Assembly (NCBI GenBank): GCA_036172245.1
Contig: JAYWIR010000009.1
Location: 310,001 to 374,000, forward strand
Length of the DNA: 64,000 bases
DNA from: Raillietiella orientalis
Lineage: Eukaryota
Direction of reading: 5' to 3'
Below are positions 41,209 through 53,492 of this stretch, piece by piece; the first letter of the stretch is position 1, and the number at the start of each line of letters is the position of its first letter. The position numbers and the translations under genes were made by a program. The notes beneath the pieces are model-generated. The model searched no databases. It was not told the origin of the DNA and was given only the letters and a program-made list of their open reading frames with translations.

Positions 41209-43203
41209 GCCCGCGGTGGCGGTAATGTGGCTGCGGCCTTGGCGTGTAAACCAAGAGTCGCGGGTTCGAATCCCACCCGAGGAAGGATAGACGTCGAGAA
41301 GTGGGTGTGGGTCGTGGGTATTGAGTTTCATCCCGCAGGATGATGTTAGTGGGCCTGTAGGCTTCGGGAGAGGAGCTGCTGGACACTCGGTCACTCCGGG
41401 GCGTTTATTTATAAAATAAACCTACATGTCGGTGGCAGGACGTTTGATCCTGCCACGTTACTTATGGATGCGAAAAGGAACCTGCCGGGAACTGGCATGC
41501 AGGCCAGCAGAGTTCGCCTCGGCAGCACAGGGGAAAGGGAGACAAAAAAAAAGAAAAAAAAAACGAAAACATACAGTCAAAAAATAAGGGCTTTGGGAAG
41601 GGTTCACCGGATGCTGGAGGGTGTCCTCTGCATCCTTGTAAGGATGCTGGCAAGTTCCTGTCTCAAGACTCCCAGATCGAGCCATCTTGACGCTGTCCTC
41701 GTGAAGAGTACAGCAAGATAGATGGCGTCCCTGTCGTTCTGGGCTCTGGCGTTGCTTCATGCAGTCACAATCCTGCATAGGCAGCTAAGTGCTGCTAGGG
41801 ATACAATATTGAAAATTTGGATGTATATATGTAATTTTATATTGACATAGGATTTAATTGTAAATTTATTTATAAAAGGACAGTAACGGCCAGAGTGAGG
41901 ACGTCGCGCAGGAAAAGGCATTTTGAAGCGTCTCTGGCGTTGCCACCGGGGGTTCTAAGGGTCGTGGTCAAGTGTCAACAAAGGGGCTGAAGGGCAACAC
42001 AGTCCACTAGGAGGTGAGGGAAGGATTCTCGCTCCCTGCACCTTGCACAGTTTGGGTTCGCACACCCCGGTGTCCACAGATGCCTATGGGCGTTGCACGG
42101 GAAGCCCCAGTGCAGCATCATCAATGCCGACCCCTGACACTTTAAGGGGAAAGTGAGGGTGTTCATGAGCACCGGGAAAACTGCAGGTCTTCCACCGGAA
42201 TACCCAGTAGCACGCCCCAGCACAAAAGTCCACGAAGTCAAACACTTGGGGTCGCAGCATCAGTGAGCTGGTCCGTCGTGCACTCTCCCAGTCCTCTTCT
42301 CTTTCCGGAGATTTCCACAGTAACCTCCGATCTAGCTGTAAGGCTGCTGCCCATGTGCTCCCTAAGGGAGGGAAGCCCAGCGGCAAAGGAGGTTCTTCAT
42401 GCCCATGCACTCTCTTCACGGGATCTTCCAGGATCTCCCGGAGCGAGCAGTTATGCGCGTACAAGAAACGTCGCACCTGTTCCGCGCTTGGCTCCTGGAT
42501 GCTCGCCCGCGTGCGAACGGTTCCCTGCAGCCAGGCACCACCGTTCGCGGGGAGGCACGTGATCCATCCGTTTTTCCTAGCCAGCGTGGCCGCCTGCGGC
42601 AGGTGCAGTCCGCAGTGGATGAGACTGCGTGGACGCGCGGCATTGGTGGACACCGAAAACCCCCGGATGCCTACCTGGACTGGCAGAGATTGGAAGTCGG
42701 CCCTCTGGTCTCCTTCCAGAGAAATCAAGGAGCTGGTTCTCTTCGGGGCTCCCTTCCGTCCGTGAAAAGGAAGCTGCTCCTCTCTTCGGTGGGAGACTCT
42801 TCCTCGCGTACAATGGAGCTGGTTGATACCCCCTTCGGGGAGTTGTCTCTCCAGAGTATCAGAAGCGCGCTGCTCCCTTTGGGGAGCGCTCTTCAGGGGA
42901 ATTGGGAAGCGTCCCTCCGGGGTTCTTTTCAGAGGAAGAAACAAGAAGCGGTTCCCTCGCGGATTCCCTTCGTAGAAGCAATTAGGAGTGATCCCCTCCG
43001 GGAGACCCCTTCGGAGGGAATAAGGAAGAGGCTTCCTTCGGAGTTTCCAACCAGGCGTGAGAGGAACGACCTCCTTCCCCAGGTGCCCTCCTGGGTTCAT
43101 AGGGTAATCCTTCCGGGGCACCCCCTAACTTGAAGAGTTACACACGCCATCTCGGGTGGTGTGGACGCGACTCCCCTAAGGAGGCGAACGATTTTTCAGC
43201 ACC
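41209..43203 (+). mobile_element. tRNA-headed SINE-like element, copy E, split by a LINE insertion (parts 41209-41386 and about 42640-43203)
   Basis: Best-preserved Pol III boxes: A-box-like GGTGGCGGTAATGTGG and B-box GGTTCGAATCCC (41263-41274). The body resumes at about 42640 and ends GGAGGCGAACGATTTTTCAGCAC. Confidence 0.75.
41387..42640 (-). mobile_element. 5'-truncated L1/Tx1-like LINE inserted in SINE copy E
   Basis: Same family as 6030-7130 and 43250-45650 (ANGGAWLQGTVRT here, ANGSAWLQGTVLT there). 3' end AATAAACGCCCCGGAGTGACCGA. Flanked by the TSD-like TGCTGGACAC and TGGTGGACAC. Confidence 0.8.
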
Positions 43204-43249
43204 TGGCGAATCCCAGAGAAGAAAATTAGCGCGGATGCGTCTCCTCCCG

Positions 43250-45650
43250 AAGGAAGGACGCCTAAGAACCTCAGCAGCTGGTGTTCGATCACTGTGTTGA
43301 ACGCGGACATTCATTTGCTGGCTAAACTGTGGTTGGAGCGATTAGGCTGGACGGCAAAGTCCGTAATTAGCCCGAAACAGACTCACGCTGTTCCCGGGCA
43401 AAGTATGGATCCCAACCTGTTCCTCGCAAGTAACTGCCTGCATTTCCAGAGAGGAAGAATGAATGAAAGGAACACTATTGGCAACCCGAAATGCTGGGCG
43501 CCCGCCGGTGGTTACACGAGACGGTCGGGAGGGAGTGGAGGTCCTTGCGACCGCAGTCAGCTTGCACAAAGCATTCGACTACGTCGACCAGGAGCTTTTT
43601 CTGGAGCTCCTGGGACTCGTGAGCTTCCCGGCCTCTTTAATGGCCTTTCTGCGTTCTTGCTGGTGCGATGCGCTAGCCAACATTTCTTTCAGAGGACAAA
43701 ACGTGTTCGGTGCGCCGGTGCGCCGCGGAATACGGCAAAGCGACAGCCTGAACCCTTTGCTCTTCATCACCTAGTTCGAGTTGATGCTGAGGGTACACAG
43801 AAAGACTCTGGCTTTCCTGTCGCACGCGTGCTCAGGCACACCGGCCGTGTCTGCGTATGCAGACGATCTTCTGCTGCTGCACCTCATGCCCACCTCAGCG
43901 TCGGCGCTCGAAAATTTCACCTAGATGTTGAGCCAGGACAGAATGAAGGTGAATAGGGCGAAATCGTTCGTGGTAGCGGTCGGTTTGGCGTGGTTAGGGC
44001 AGCTGGACTGAATTTGCTCGGGGATCACCACAGTTCGGTACTCAGGTACCTCGGTGTACCGTTGAGGGACTATCCCTCGGCAGAGGCATGGTCCGGCTGC
44101 TTCCAGAAGGCAGAGTCGGTGATCAGCCCGTTCCAGGATGGCAAGAACCTCTCTCTGGCGGAACGAACCGTGGCGGAGAATGCGTTTGTGGCCCCACTCT
44201 TCCACACCCTGCTTTTTGTTTGCCCTCTACCAAGTAGCATTAAAAGGCGGACTAAGGACCTCCTCAGAATCACTCTGTGGGGCACAGAGAGGTCCAGAGT
44301 CCGCCTGAAGGACTTGTGCGCTCCGCATCATGACGTAGGCCTCAGCCTTCTGATGCTGGAGCCTCTGGAGCCGCCCCTCCAGTGGAGGACACTCGTTCTA
44401 GTGGCGCAGTTGTGGAGCACCAGCTGGTGCCAGCCTGCACGACACCCGATCAAACGAGCCAGCGGCTAACGCGGGACTGTCTTCGTTCCTGTTGCGGCGG
44501 CGTAGGCTCAACGTGTCCAGCTGCGGAATGGATCTCTGGCGAGTGGTCAAGCTGACCAGGACCAACAACTGGATCTTCTACCGGACCGCGAACGGTAGTG
44601 CCTGGTTGCAGGGAACCGTTCTCACTGGGCCAACGAAGAACAACGAAGCGAGTCCGAAGATGCAGCAACGAGTGCTGCACTCCTTCTACAACAACCGCTC
44701 GCTGCAGGATGTGGTGTGCAGCTCACCACGTGTGCGTGGGCGGAAGGAACCTCCCTAGCTGCAGTGCTGCCCTCCCTCCGGAAGCACCTGGGCAGTAACT
44801 AGCCGGAAAAATGGAAGGTCCGTTGAGAAATAGGTCTTTGCACGAAGGAATTAGGTGGTTGGACCACAGGCCAGCTCACGGACGCTGCGACCCCAATTGC
44901 CCCACCGAAGGGATTATTACACTGGCGTGAGCTGCTGAGAATCCTACAGAAAGACCCCAATTGGCCACCAGCGCTGAATAACAACCAAGCCCTCCCCGTG
45001 AAGTGGCAGAGTCGGCACTTTTGGTGTTGCACTGAGGTCTTCCGTGCAATGCCCGCCGGTCTCACTCGACCTGGGGGGCTGTGGATTCCAACTGTTGGAG
45101 TCGCGGGGAGCAAGAATCTCTCCTGCACCTGAATGTTACCTGCGTTGCCCTCAGGCTCCTGTGGTTGCGTCTCGCAATGGCCCTAGGTGCACCAATGAAC
45201 GCTTCCAGGGACGTGATAAAGCACCTCTTCGCACGCGATGCCCTTTCGCCTTCCGCATCTCCAACAGCTCTTTGCTGTCTAAGTAGGACTGTTGCTGCCT
45301 GGAGCTACGCGAGAGGAGGATGGAAGGAGAGGGACGCCATCTGCTTCGCCTTGCGCTTCCTGCGGGCGGCAGCAACATGGGACCCACCTGGGGCATACTC
45401 GGATGGAACTTGCCGGCATCCTGGAAAGGATGCAAAGGGCGCTCTCCAGAGGACAGTGATGCCGTGCTCCCTTGAGTTTTTTTATTATAGATTTTTATTT
45501 ATTTTTATTTTGTTTGCCCTTTCTCCCTCCCTTGTCGAGGCGAAACTCATCGACCTGCGCGCCGGTTACTCGGCAGGTTCCGGACGATGTAAGGCCCTAC
45601 ACATGCATGTTTATTATTTTTTATAATAAACATCCCAGCGTGACCGGGGG
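43250..45650 (+). mobile_element. 5'-truncated L1/Tx1-clade non-LTR retrotransposon: reverse transcriptase pseudo-ORF, C-terminal region, 3' UTR and decayed A-rich tail
   Basis: RT motifs in order: WCSITVLNADIHLLAK, QTHAVPGQS, SLHKAFDYVD, RRGIRQSDSLNPLLF, AYADDLL, YLGVPL. Several frameshifts and stops; AATAAA near 45625 followed by an A-rich run. Confidence 0.9.
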
Positions 45651-45719
45651 CTAAACCAAAAAAGAAAATCGGAAAAAGAAAAAAAAGAACAGCTGGAAGG
45701 AAAGCGGCGAGCGATGATA

Positions 45720-46960
45720 GAAGAACCCCAAAGGGTTCCTTATACCGGCAACCTTGCACTCCAGTAGAAGGTAATCAGTCATGCTGTCCATATTCAGTAA
45801 ACTTCCATGGTCCTTCCAATGTTTTGTCGTTTTTGCCATCTTGCTGTCAGTCAGGGCGCCTCCTTTCGATGCTACCGGAAGGCCCAACCTTGTGAGCTTT
45901 TACCCCGGAGATCGAGCTCCACCCAGCAGCTTCCACAGTGACGAGCGGAGTGAATTTATTCAACTCGAAATGCCCCATTTCTGAACCAGGAAGTTTTCTA
46001 CCGATCATCAATCTTGGGAATCGTGGAAATAGGAACGGACGTGCACGCAGAAGAGACTGCTTCTCAGGTTGTTGACTCCAAAGTTTCATCGGGACTTCGT
46101 TGTCCTCTGGCACGTGTCTTCATTTATGTTAGCATTTGGAAAATGCCTTCTGATCTTCCAACATCTTTCCTGCCGAAATGAGAAGGAAGAGAAGCGTCCC
46201 TTCCCTCTTCCTCCTTGAAAATCCAGAGTTTACGTGGAATTCCAAAGTCCTTTGACCACGAATCCGAGCTTATTGTTCAAACTTTGGATTCCCAAAGTCT
46301 GGATGCTCCCCTCAACATTGGCTCATCACTCATCGACACGTAAAGGATGTGTCGTTTCTCTATCCATGGAAACATTTTTTGGAAGAATTTTTTTTTTTTG
46401 GCTGCTGCTATCCTCTGTGCTTCGTGCGATGAGAGCCAACTCCACGAAATCTGTCATCCAGCTTGGAAGTGCTCGTGATGACCTGCATCTCTCAACAACT
46501 GTTGGCACCTTTACCATCTCGTCACGTCTCGTTCCTCCGGATCATAATGCGCTCCATGACCTGCTTACAAAATGGGATAAATAAAACGAAAGCCTTTCAT
46601 AAATTTAATGAATTGGCAAATCTAATGCTTCTTCTGATTTTCCTCTTATGCTCGTGCAGAGTGGATGCTGACTTGATAAGGGATGAGGGATGTTTCTCGA
46701 GCTGAATAAAAGCTTAGGAATCGTATGCACATGAATTACAAGCTATCTGATGCTTTTCAACTTGGAGCGCTTTTCGTCTTTCACATCGAAGTGGATGTCT
46801 TTGTCTGATGGTCTTCTAGGCCCCACATATATTGCTGATGTTGTATACATCCCGTAGTAATTTCCCTTTCTCTCTATGCCTTCACCTGCCTGAATCCCCG
46901 CGCTGTTGAAGTTCTCGTACTTCATCATACTTCATCAGGATCTTTGATATAGCATGATTA
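45720..46960 (-). mobile_element. Decayed RTE-like LINE remnant (linker, part of RT, C-terminus)
   Basis: In order on the minus strand: MYTTSAIYVGPRRPSDK..VKD, TDFVELALIARSTED, IQTLG, HWKDHG, RNPLG. These resemble RTE LY.IT..L.G..KD, DFADDLALL, FTYLG, WIGH and WNPQG. Confidence 0.4.
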
Positions 46961-47449
46961 TCACGAAACTCTCGTGGAGTGCCTCGGGCAGGCTGCCATA
47001 CTCTGATGCTTCACGTCGCTCACGAACCCATCCACGGCATGGAGCTGGAAGCCCTGATCAACCAAGGAGAGCCTGCCGTCCTTGCTTGCACTGCTGAGGG
47101 TAGGGAGGAGGGCCTAGCGGGGGATACCCTTTTGCACACGACGCATACGTGCGCACGCCGCCAGCGCATGGCACCTCGGAAGAAGCGAGGGGGAAAAGCA
47201 GAAGGGGAAAACGAAGAAAATGACGAGGATGAGGAAAAGAGGAAGATAAAGAGGAAGGAAAAGGAATGAGGAAAAAATGATGAGGAAGAAAAAGAGGCGA
47301 CATGCTTAGGGCAGTTCGATTCTGGGGTTATTTTCTCTTCTCCGAGGGCTGCTGGTCATACAGCCAGCGCGTTGCACAACACAGGTGATGTGTCCCCCCC
47401 CCCTCATACCACGCCAAAGCAACCTCTCGACGTGTTAGGCATCTCAAAC

Positions 47450-48100
47450 AAAGAAAAGACAAAAATCGCAGAAAGTTACCGCTGCTATGGATGTGTAGGT
47501 ACGCACTAATGAATAGGAAGATAGAGGGTAACTTGTTTCTACCCAGTTGGCCCGCAGCTTCCTGCACTTTAGCGGGTAGAGGGAATGGTGACTCGCCAAT
47601 GGAAGGCCCATGGAAACAACAAGCTCTGCCCGCTTTCCTCGACGAATCTCCGGCCTCCGTGCTTGAAGTGGAGCTTCTGGAACCTCCCGTCAGTTTGCTG
47701 AGTGGCGACAGCCATCGTTCCAGAGATTTTTCGTTCCTCAGGCTCAAGGCGCTACTCTGCTCCCAAACAAATATTGCAGCCGGAGATCCTTGCAGTCTCA
47801 ACCACCACCCCTTATGCTTTAGGGCAGGCGAGATCGGTCCCGCAGTGAGCCTCAGAGTAATCCCCGCTGCACCATTCATTACGAGAAGAAGCTCCGGCAC
47901 TCCTAAATGCCATCTCGAAGTTGGGATATCCTGAATCCTCGTGTAATAGGTCCTCTCTGGTGCACACCGTCACTGCTAACTGCTTTCCAGGAGCAAAGAC
48001 CACCGCCTCAGGAGAAAAGGCATCATGCAGTAAGAGCATCGTGAAATCATGGGCTGCCGTGTTGAAGAAAACGCGGAAGCCATCCTCGCTGCCGTTTTCT
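47450..48100 (+). mobile_element. Possible decayed LINE RT fragment
   Basis: PVSLLSGDS..FLRLKALL resembles RPISLLNxDYK..RLK.L. A single weak motif. Confidence 0.3.
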
Positions 48101-49814
48101 GATTAAGCCTCTCTCTCATCAATTTCCATTTTCCTCCTTTTTTTTCCCTCCATGGCAATTATAACTGTGCACCCGGAAGAGCAACGCGAAAAAACAGTCT
48201 CTGAGCTTCTCTTTTGCAGCTTCCTTTACAGAGAGCTTCATTACGAGAATGGCGAACGCGATCAGCCTCCAAACGAAGCCGTCCCGCCTTCTGCCTATCG
48301 GAAGCGGCTGCACATAAATTAGGAGTATGCGGCAAATGCCGACTCCCACGAGCTCGGGCGGGATGTCTTCTCTTCCCGCCCCAAGCCGGCAGGCAGGCAC
48401 TCCGGACAAACGCAGCTCCTTCCATTCGTGTGCCCACGCAGCACCAGCGTGCCGTCTCCTTGGACTCCCTTCTCTTCTTTGGAAATTGCACCTTTCGTCA
48501 GGCTCCGATTTCGGTAGGGAATTCCGTTGCGGATTTTCTCTGGACTGTGTTTGAACGGACACATCCTCCGGCGTTAGGGAGGAAGCCTCTCCTGAGAAGA
48601 GCGCCGAATCCGCGCTTCCTCGACCGCAGGAAGGGCGCCGACGCGATATGAGGAAGGCGGTTGGAGATATCCAGTGTGCTCGGAGGAGAGAGGAGTGCCT
48701 GTCTCGCAGCTGCGGCAACGCGGAAACCGGATTCGGACCTCATTACATCTTCTTGTCACTCCCTTTCCGCTTCCATCGGATCAGGCAGTTGAACGTTGGA
48801 CGCCAAGTAACAACCTTGCCCGCTCATTATCCGATTCTGGATTTTCTTCGGCCACTCGAAATCGAAGATCATCGGACCGCTTCTACTCTGCATGCATTTT
48901 TCACGAGGGGCACTGCGCTTCCGACGAGAAAGAGGGGGAGGAAGAAAAAGGGCTTTAGTTTCCTGTACAATTTAAGAGAACCGTTCGTTGGTGACTTGAT
49001 TTTACGTACAGACCTATGGATGCGAAAGTGTGGCGCAGGAAGTCTTCTTGATTTACTTGATCCAAAGACGTGGACAACAACAACGCCGTTACCGATCCTT
49101 TTCTCTCAAATGAGCATACAACTTTTTCTTCAGTTGCCTGGTGTCGCTCAAAGGAAAAGTTCTCTTTGCCATGGTAAACACGAGTGTTTTCAATGTTGCA
49201 AACATCGCAATGTTCCTGCCGTTGTTTTAGCTTCTTAACACTAATCTGTTGAGAGCAACTATTCTAACGCTGAGCACCTATGCAACCAGCATTCGGCAGG
49301 CGGAAGCGGTATCTGCCAGATGCGCCAGGATACTCTTCAGATGATCGACCACAGACCTACATAGTAGGATCGCCAGATGAAGGCCGACTTTCAGCCTCGG
49401 GCAACTCCGAAGATCAAGAAGCAACTTGGTCCGCTCGCGGAAACTTTCCAGAATCTAGCGGGAGGCTGGCAGCAGACACGAACCGCGAAGGCGGACTCTC
49501 TTGGCACAGCTCTTGGCTCAACAAAAGAGGGCAGCAGCTCTTTTCCAAGGACCGCTCTGGAGCAATATGCGGCGACATTCTTCTGGGGTTTCCTGCGCGA
49601 CCGATGCCGACAACATTTTCAGCCGGTTGCACGGGGGCGTTTCTTCCCACCTATCCCCTCTTAACAAACAAAACAAAACAAAACAAATGGGGCATGTGGA
49701 TTCGTTCGTCCACTGGTTTATGAAAATTTCAGGAGGAGGAGATGAAAAAAAAAAAGGAAACCTTCGCAGGTCTGCTACCTGCAGAAAGGGCAGAGAGGGA
49801 ACAGTAAATAACTA

Positions 49815-51105
49815 AATAAGAGAAGGGAAGGCACAGAGTTCACCGGTCACGACTGCAGGGTCTTCTGAAACCTGCGTGCGACGCGGGCGGAGTCCTCCTT
49901 GACCCAAACACATAGTTTCCTGGAGAGTTGCGTCCCCAAATCGTTCCAGGTGCGCGGCGGTGGAATCGTTGCCGCGCCCCTGCTGCTGGATCTCAGTGTC
50001 CTTAAGGAGCTTTGCCGCAGATTGGCTTCCGTACTCTTGCTGACACTGCCAGAGACCTGCTGCGGCGTTTCTTCGCCAAAGGTGGAGCATCTACGGCCTT
50101 GATTGTGACGAGGCGTCGTCTCCGTGCCATCGTCACAGCTGTCAGAGTGTCGTGTGCAGAGAAGGGAGTCACCCTCACGACAGCCACTGATATGAGGACG
50201 TCTGAGAGGTGGCCTCCTCTTCAGGAGAAGTGGAGCTGGAGATTGCTGGCATTCTGCGCCATTTCCGAGCAAGAAGCAGCTTCAAGTGCCCGAAATCACT
50301 GTGTTTATCCTCCTACTTTTTTTTTTTTCGTTATTGATATACTGTTGCCTTTCTTTCTTTGCGAATTGCCCCAGCAAACGACCTGCATGTCGGTGCATTG
50401 CATGTCGACACTCCAGATGGACTTTTGTTTTCGTTCCGAGAACTGCCTTTTCCTCAGCTTGTTTTCACCGTCGTCATCGCGTCATCCTTGACCTTGCTAA
50501 TCGTAAAAGGCCACTTTGACATGTTCTTTACTGCTGCGGAGTTGAGTCACGGTGGCCCTTCATTGCTGGCACGCCTCTTGAGTGTTCCGGAACTCCACGA
50601 TTCTCCCGGCACAACGCAGGATGCAACGATCGAGAAAGCAGGCGAAAAACTTCTTCCTCTTCTCCCTCTCATCCTCCTTCCACTACTGCTACGTCCCGGC
50701 CATTACTTCTTCCTCCCCCTCTTTTTCCTATTCTCTTCATCCTTCTTCTTCTTCTACTATTAGTATTACTAGTACTACCATTACTTCTTCCCTTTCTCTT
50801 CCTTCACTTCCTTCTTCTTTCTCTTCTTAAGCACTATCAGAGGATGAACAATAAAAGGAAAAAATACAAAGAGAGGAAGGGAAAGGGGTCACCAGTCGCA
50901 ACCTCCACGTCTTTTAAAACCTGCATGCAGCTCAGAAGGACTTGACCAGGAGGCCTTCTCCGTTATTGGTTATGAAAGGTCACTTTGCCATGCTGCTCAC
51001 TACCGCAGAGTTGTAGCGTGTTGCTTCTTCCCTGCTGACGCAAATCCTCAGCGTTCCAGGGTGCTACGGTTCTTCTCCAGACGCAACGCAGGATTGGACG
51101 ATGAA
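49815..51105 (-). mobile_element. Locally duplicated, decayed LINE endonuclease 5' fragments
   Basis: Degenerate direct repeats (about 49820-49905 vs 50870-50950, and about 50505-50625 vs 50975-51095). The minus strand encodes TLRSSSRGAA..HLERFGDATLQET, an LQET-type APE motif. Confidence 0.4.
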
Positions 51106-52352
51106 GGACGCAAGTGAAAGCCCGTCCCGCGTGAAGGGGCGCCTCAGCAGCCCTTCTGGGGTGCCGTGGCGATCGTCCTCCGCCGAGGCACGTGGAACAT
51201 CTCTGAGGCAGCCCGGCAGATTCGGAATCCTCCCTGTGGAAGATTTCCAGGGGGACAGCGCACGCGGCACACTCTGGACAGATGCTGATGGTAGCAGCCA
51301 TGGCCAAGGCGAGGCAAGAGCTCCCCCGTCGAGAGCATCGACAGCTGGGGCACCAGCAGAAGAAGCAACGACGCTGCGACGACCCGGCCGGCTAGCGCAT
51401 CCACGCCAGCGTCAGATGGCGGGACAGACCGTTGTGAGGAGCAGAGCTGAAAACACACGTGACCAACGGCTGCGTCCGCTTCCAGCTCCTGGTGCAGGTG
51501 AAACACCTATCCTTTCCACACACACAGTGTAACGCCGCGGTGACCGACCGGCGAGAGGTCGGCGCCTTTTCTTGGCAGCTCGAGCTGCGACAACAGCGAA
51601 TTCTCGCCGACTCGGCCAGATCGGTTTGCAGCGCGTGCAAACATCCGTTGCCATGCCCATGCGGGACCTGCTGCTCTTGCACATGATAGGGAGGAGAATG
51701 AGTGGCGTGGTGATCTGCGAGGAGGAGCTCGCCTCCTGGATAGGCGACGGCGGCGCTGGCCGCTGCCAGACGAACTGCCGACAAGTGACCCTCTTTCGGT
51801 GGCTCCTTCCATGAATCCCCTCCCGCGACTTCGAGCCGCTCGTTTCCTGTGCGTCCCGGCAGTGTCCCCGCTCTTGGTCACCAAGGAGGATTTCACGATG
51901 TCCTTGGGGCAGCCGCTCTTGCTCTTGGCATGAGCAAGAGAACTCGATCAGGCAGCTCGGAATCGCGCGTTCCTGCAGCCCTCGCCCTCGCGAACCTCTC
52001 GCCGCTGACAGAATCTCTGCGGTACGTGGGATGGTGACGAAGATCTGCGGACGTTGCAGACACCACCTCTGGAAGTGCCCTGGGATCCTCCAAGTGCTCG
52101 GCGCAAGGGAATGCCTCTGCGCGCCACGCATCCAGCAGCGGGGGCTGCTGCCTAGGCGACGTCGCGAGGGCGCGAAGGAATTGCCCCACGGGGGAATCGT
52201 CGGCAGAAAAAGACGGTGGAAGACGACGAACACACCGACGGCGGACAGGTGCGCTGTTCCCCCGCGCGCGTCGCTTCATCTCGGACGCTAGCAGAAACCC
52301 TTCCCCTCGCTTTTCTTCCCCCCTGGAACCTGATGAACGTCTCTCCCGAGCC

Positions 52353-52800
52353 ATGACGCCTCGGGAAAGCGCGCAGGGACTGCTCTTCGCGCGCGATCTT
52401 CCTGCTTCCTTTTCCTCGATCCGAGGTGAAGGCGACCGGTTGCGGAGAGAAGCTCCACCACAAGTGCGTCCCGGCGTACGGCAGGGAGATCGGGAAGACG
52501 TCGTTGATGGTCAGCCACTCAATCAACGGATACCAGGCAGATTACGCCCCTACAGCCTTCGACGACTACACCGGATGAGTTCGATGCCCTGTGACCTCTG
52601 GCCTACCTTTGGCCATCGATGTCTTCCTCTCCTGCTTCATGGTGGTGTGCCCATACTCGTTCCGCATCGAGACCGAGAAGAGGATTGTCGAGATCAGGTA
52701 CTACTGCCCTCATGATCCTGTGGTGCTTGTGGGAGCCCGGTGCGACCTCAGGACGAGCGTCGGCATGCGGATGAACGTGGTCGAGTGCAGCCACAAGCCC
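52353..52800 (+). pseudogene. Processed pseudogene of a RhoU/RhoV (Wrch/Chp)-like Rho GTPase, truncated by SINE copy D
   Basis: KCVPAYGREIGKTSLMVSHSINGYQADYAPTAFDDYT, then DEFDAL*PLAY (TGA at 52592-52594), a frameshift, and IDVFLSCFMVVCPYSF..EKRIVEIRYYCPHDPVVLVGARCDLR. No introns; the P-loop is damaged. Confidence 0.85.
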
Positions 52801-52802
52801 CC

Positions 52803-53492
52803 AGCCGGCGTTTTGGAGGCCTCCGCGCCGCGTGGTACCAAGGATCGCGGGTTCCAAGGACCAAGGTTACCAAGGATGCCGAGAACGAGTGGGTTTCTAG
52901 TCCCCATCCCACCCACAGGATGACGCTAGCTGGTCTACAGGCTTCGGATGAGGCACCGGTGGAAACCGAATGCCCTGATGACTGGCCGGAGGGGTCCTTC
53001 CAGGATTCTAGGAGCTGGTTCTCTCCGGTTGTGCGAATAAAGCCGTATCCCTCCTCGGTGGGGACTCCCCATCGAGTCCCTCACCATAGAGCTGGTGGAT
53101 TGATGTCTCTCCAGAGCGTCAGAACCGCGACTGTTCTCTTCGGGGAGCGTCCTTCGGAGAAAACGGGAAGCGTCCCTTCGGGGTTCTCCTTAGAAGGGGA
53201 GTAACAAGGAGCGGTTCCCTCCAGAGACGAAATTCCAGGAGACGCTTCCCCCGGTGTACCCTTCTGGAGAGAGCAAGGAAGCGATTCCTTTCGTAGACAA
53301 CCAGGGCGAAAGTTTCCTTCGGGATTCCCTCCCAGAAGTAAGAGAGGAGCGTGCTTCTTCCCTTGGAGCCCTTCTGGATTCATAAGGCGGGGGACCCCCT
53401 AAATTGAAGAGTTATACGCGCCCTCGGATGACGTGGTCAATGTTGAAGAGCTTCTTGAGCCTCCCCTATGGAGGCGAACGATTCTTGGGTAC
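52803..53492 (+). mobile_element. tRNA-headed SINE-like element, copy D
   Basis: CGCGTGGTACCAAGGATCGCGGGTTCC head remnant, GGTCCTTCCAGG, CTGGATTCATAAGG, TTGAAGAGTTATACGCG and the tail GGAGGCGAACGATTCTT. Confidence 0.7.

Noticed and set aside
41209..41285. Possible functional tRNA gene
   Set aside because: A/B boxes are present, but the acceptor and anticodon stems do not pair properly and the sequence continues into a repeat body shared by five copies, so it is a SINE head.
42084..43121. 345-aa minus-strand ORF
   Set aside because: It is a chance read-through from the antisense SINE body into a LINE ORF2 fragment; the frame is not preserved in the other SINE copies.
51100..52300. GC-rich stretch with several overlapping ORFs upstream of the Rho pseudogene
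   Set aside because: I could not recognise any protein family or consistent exon structure, so it is left unannotated.
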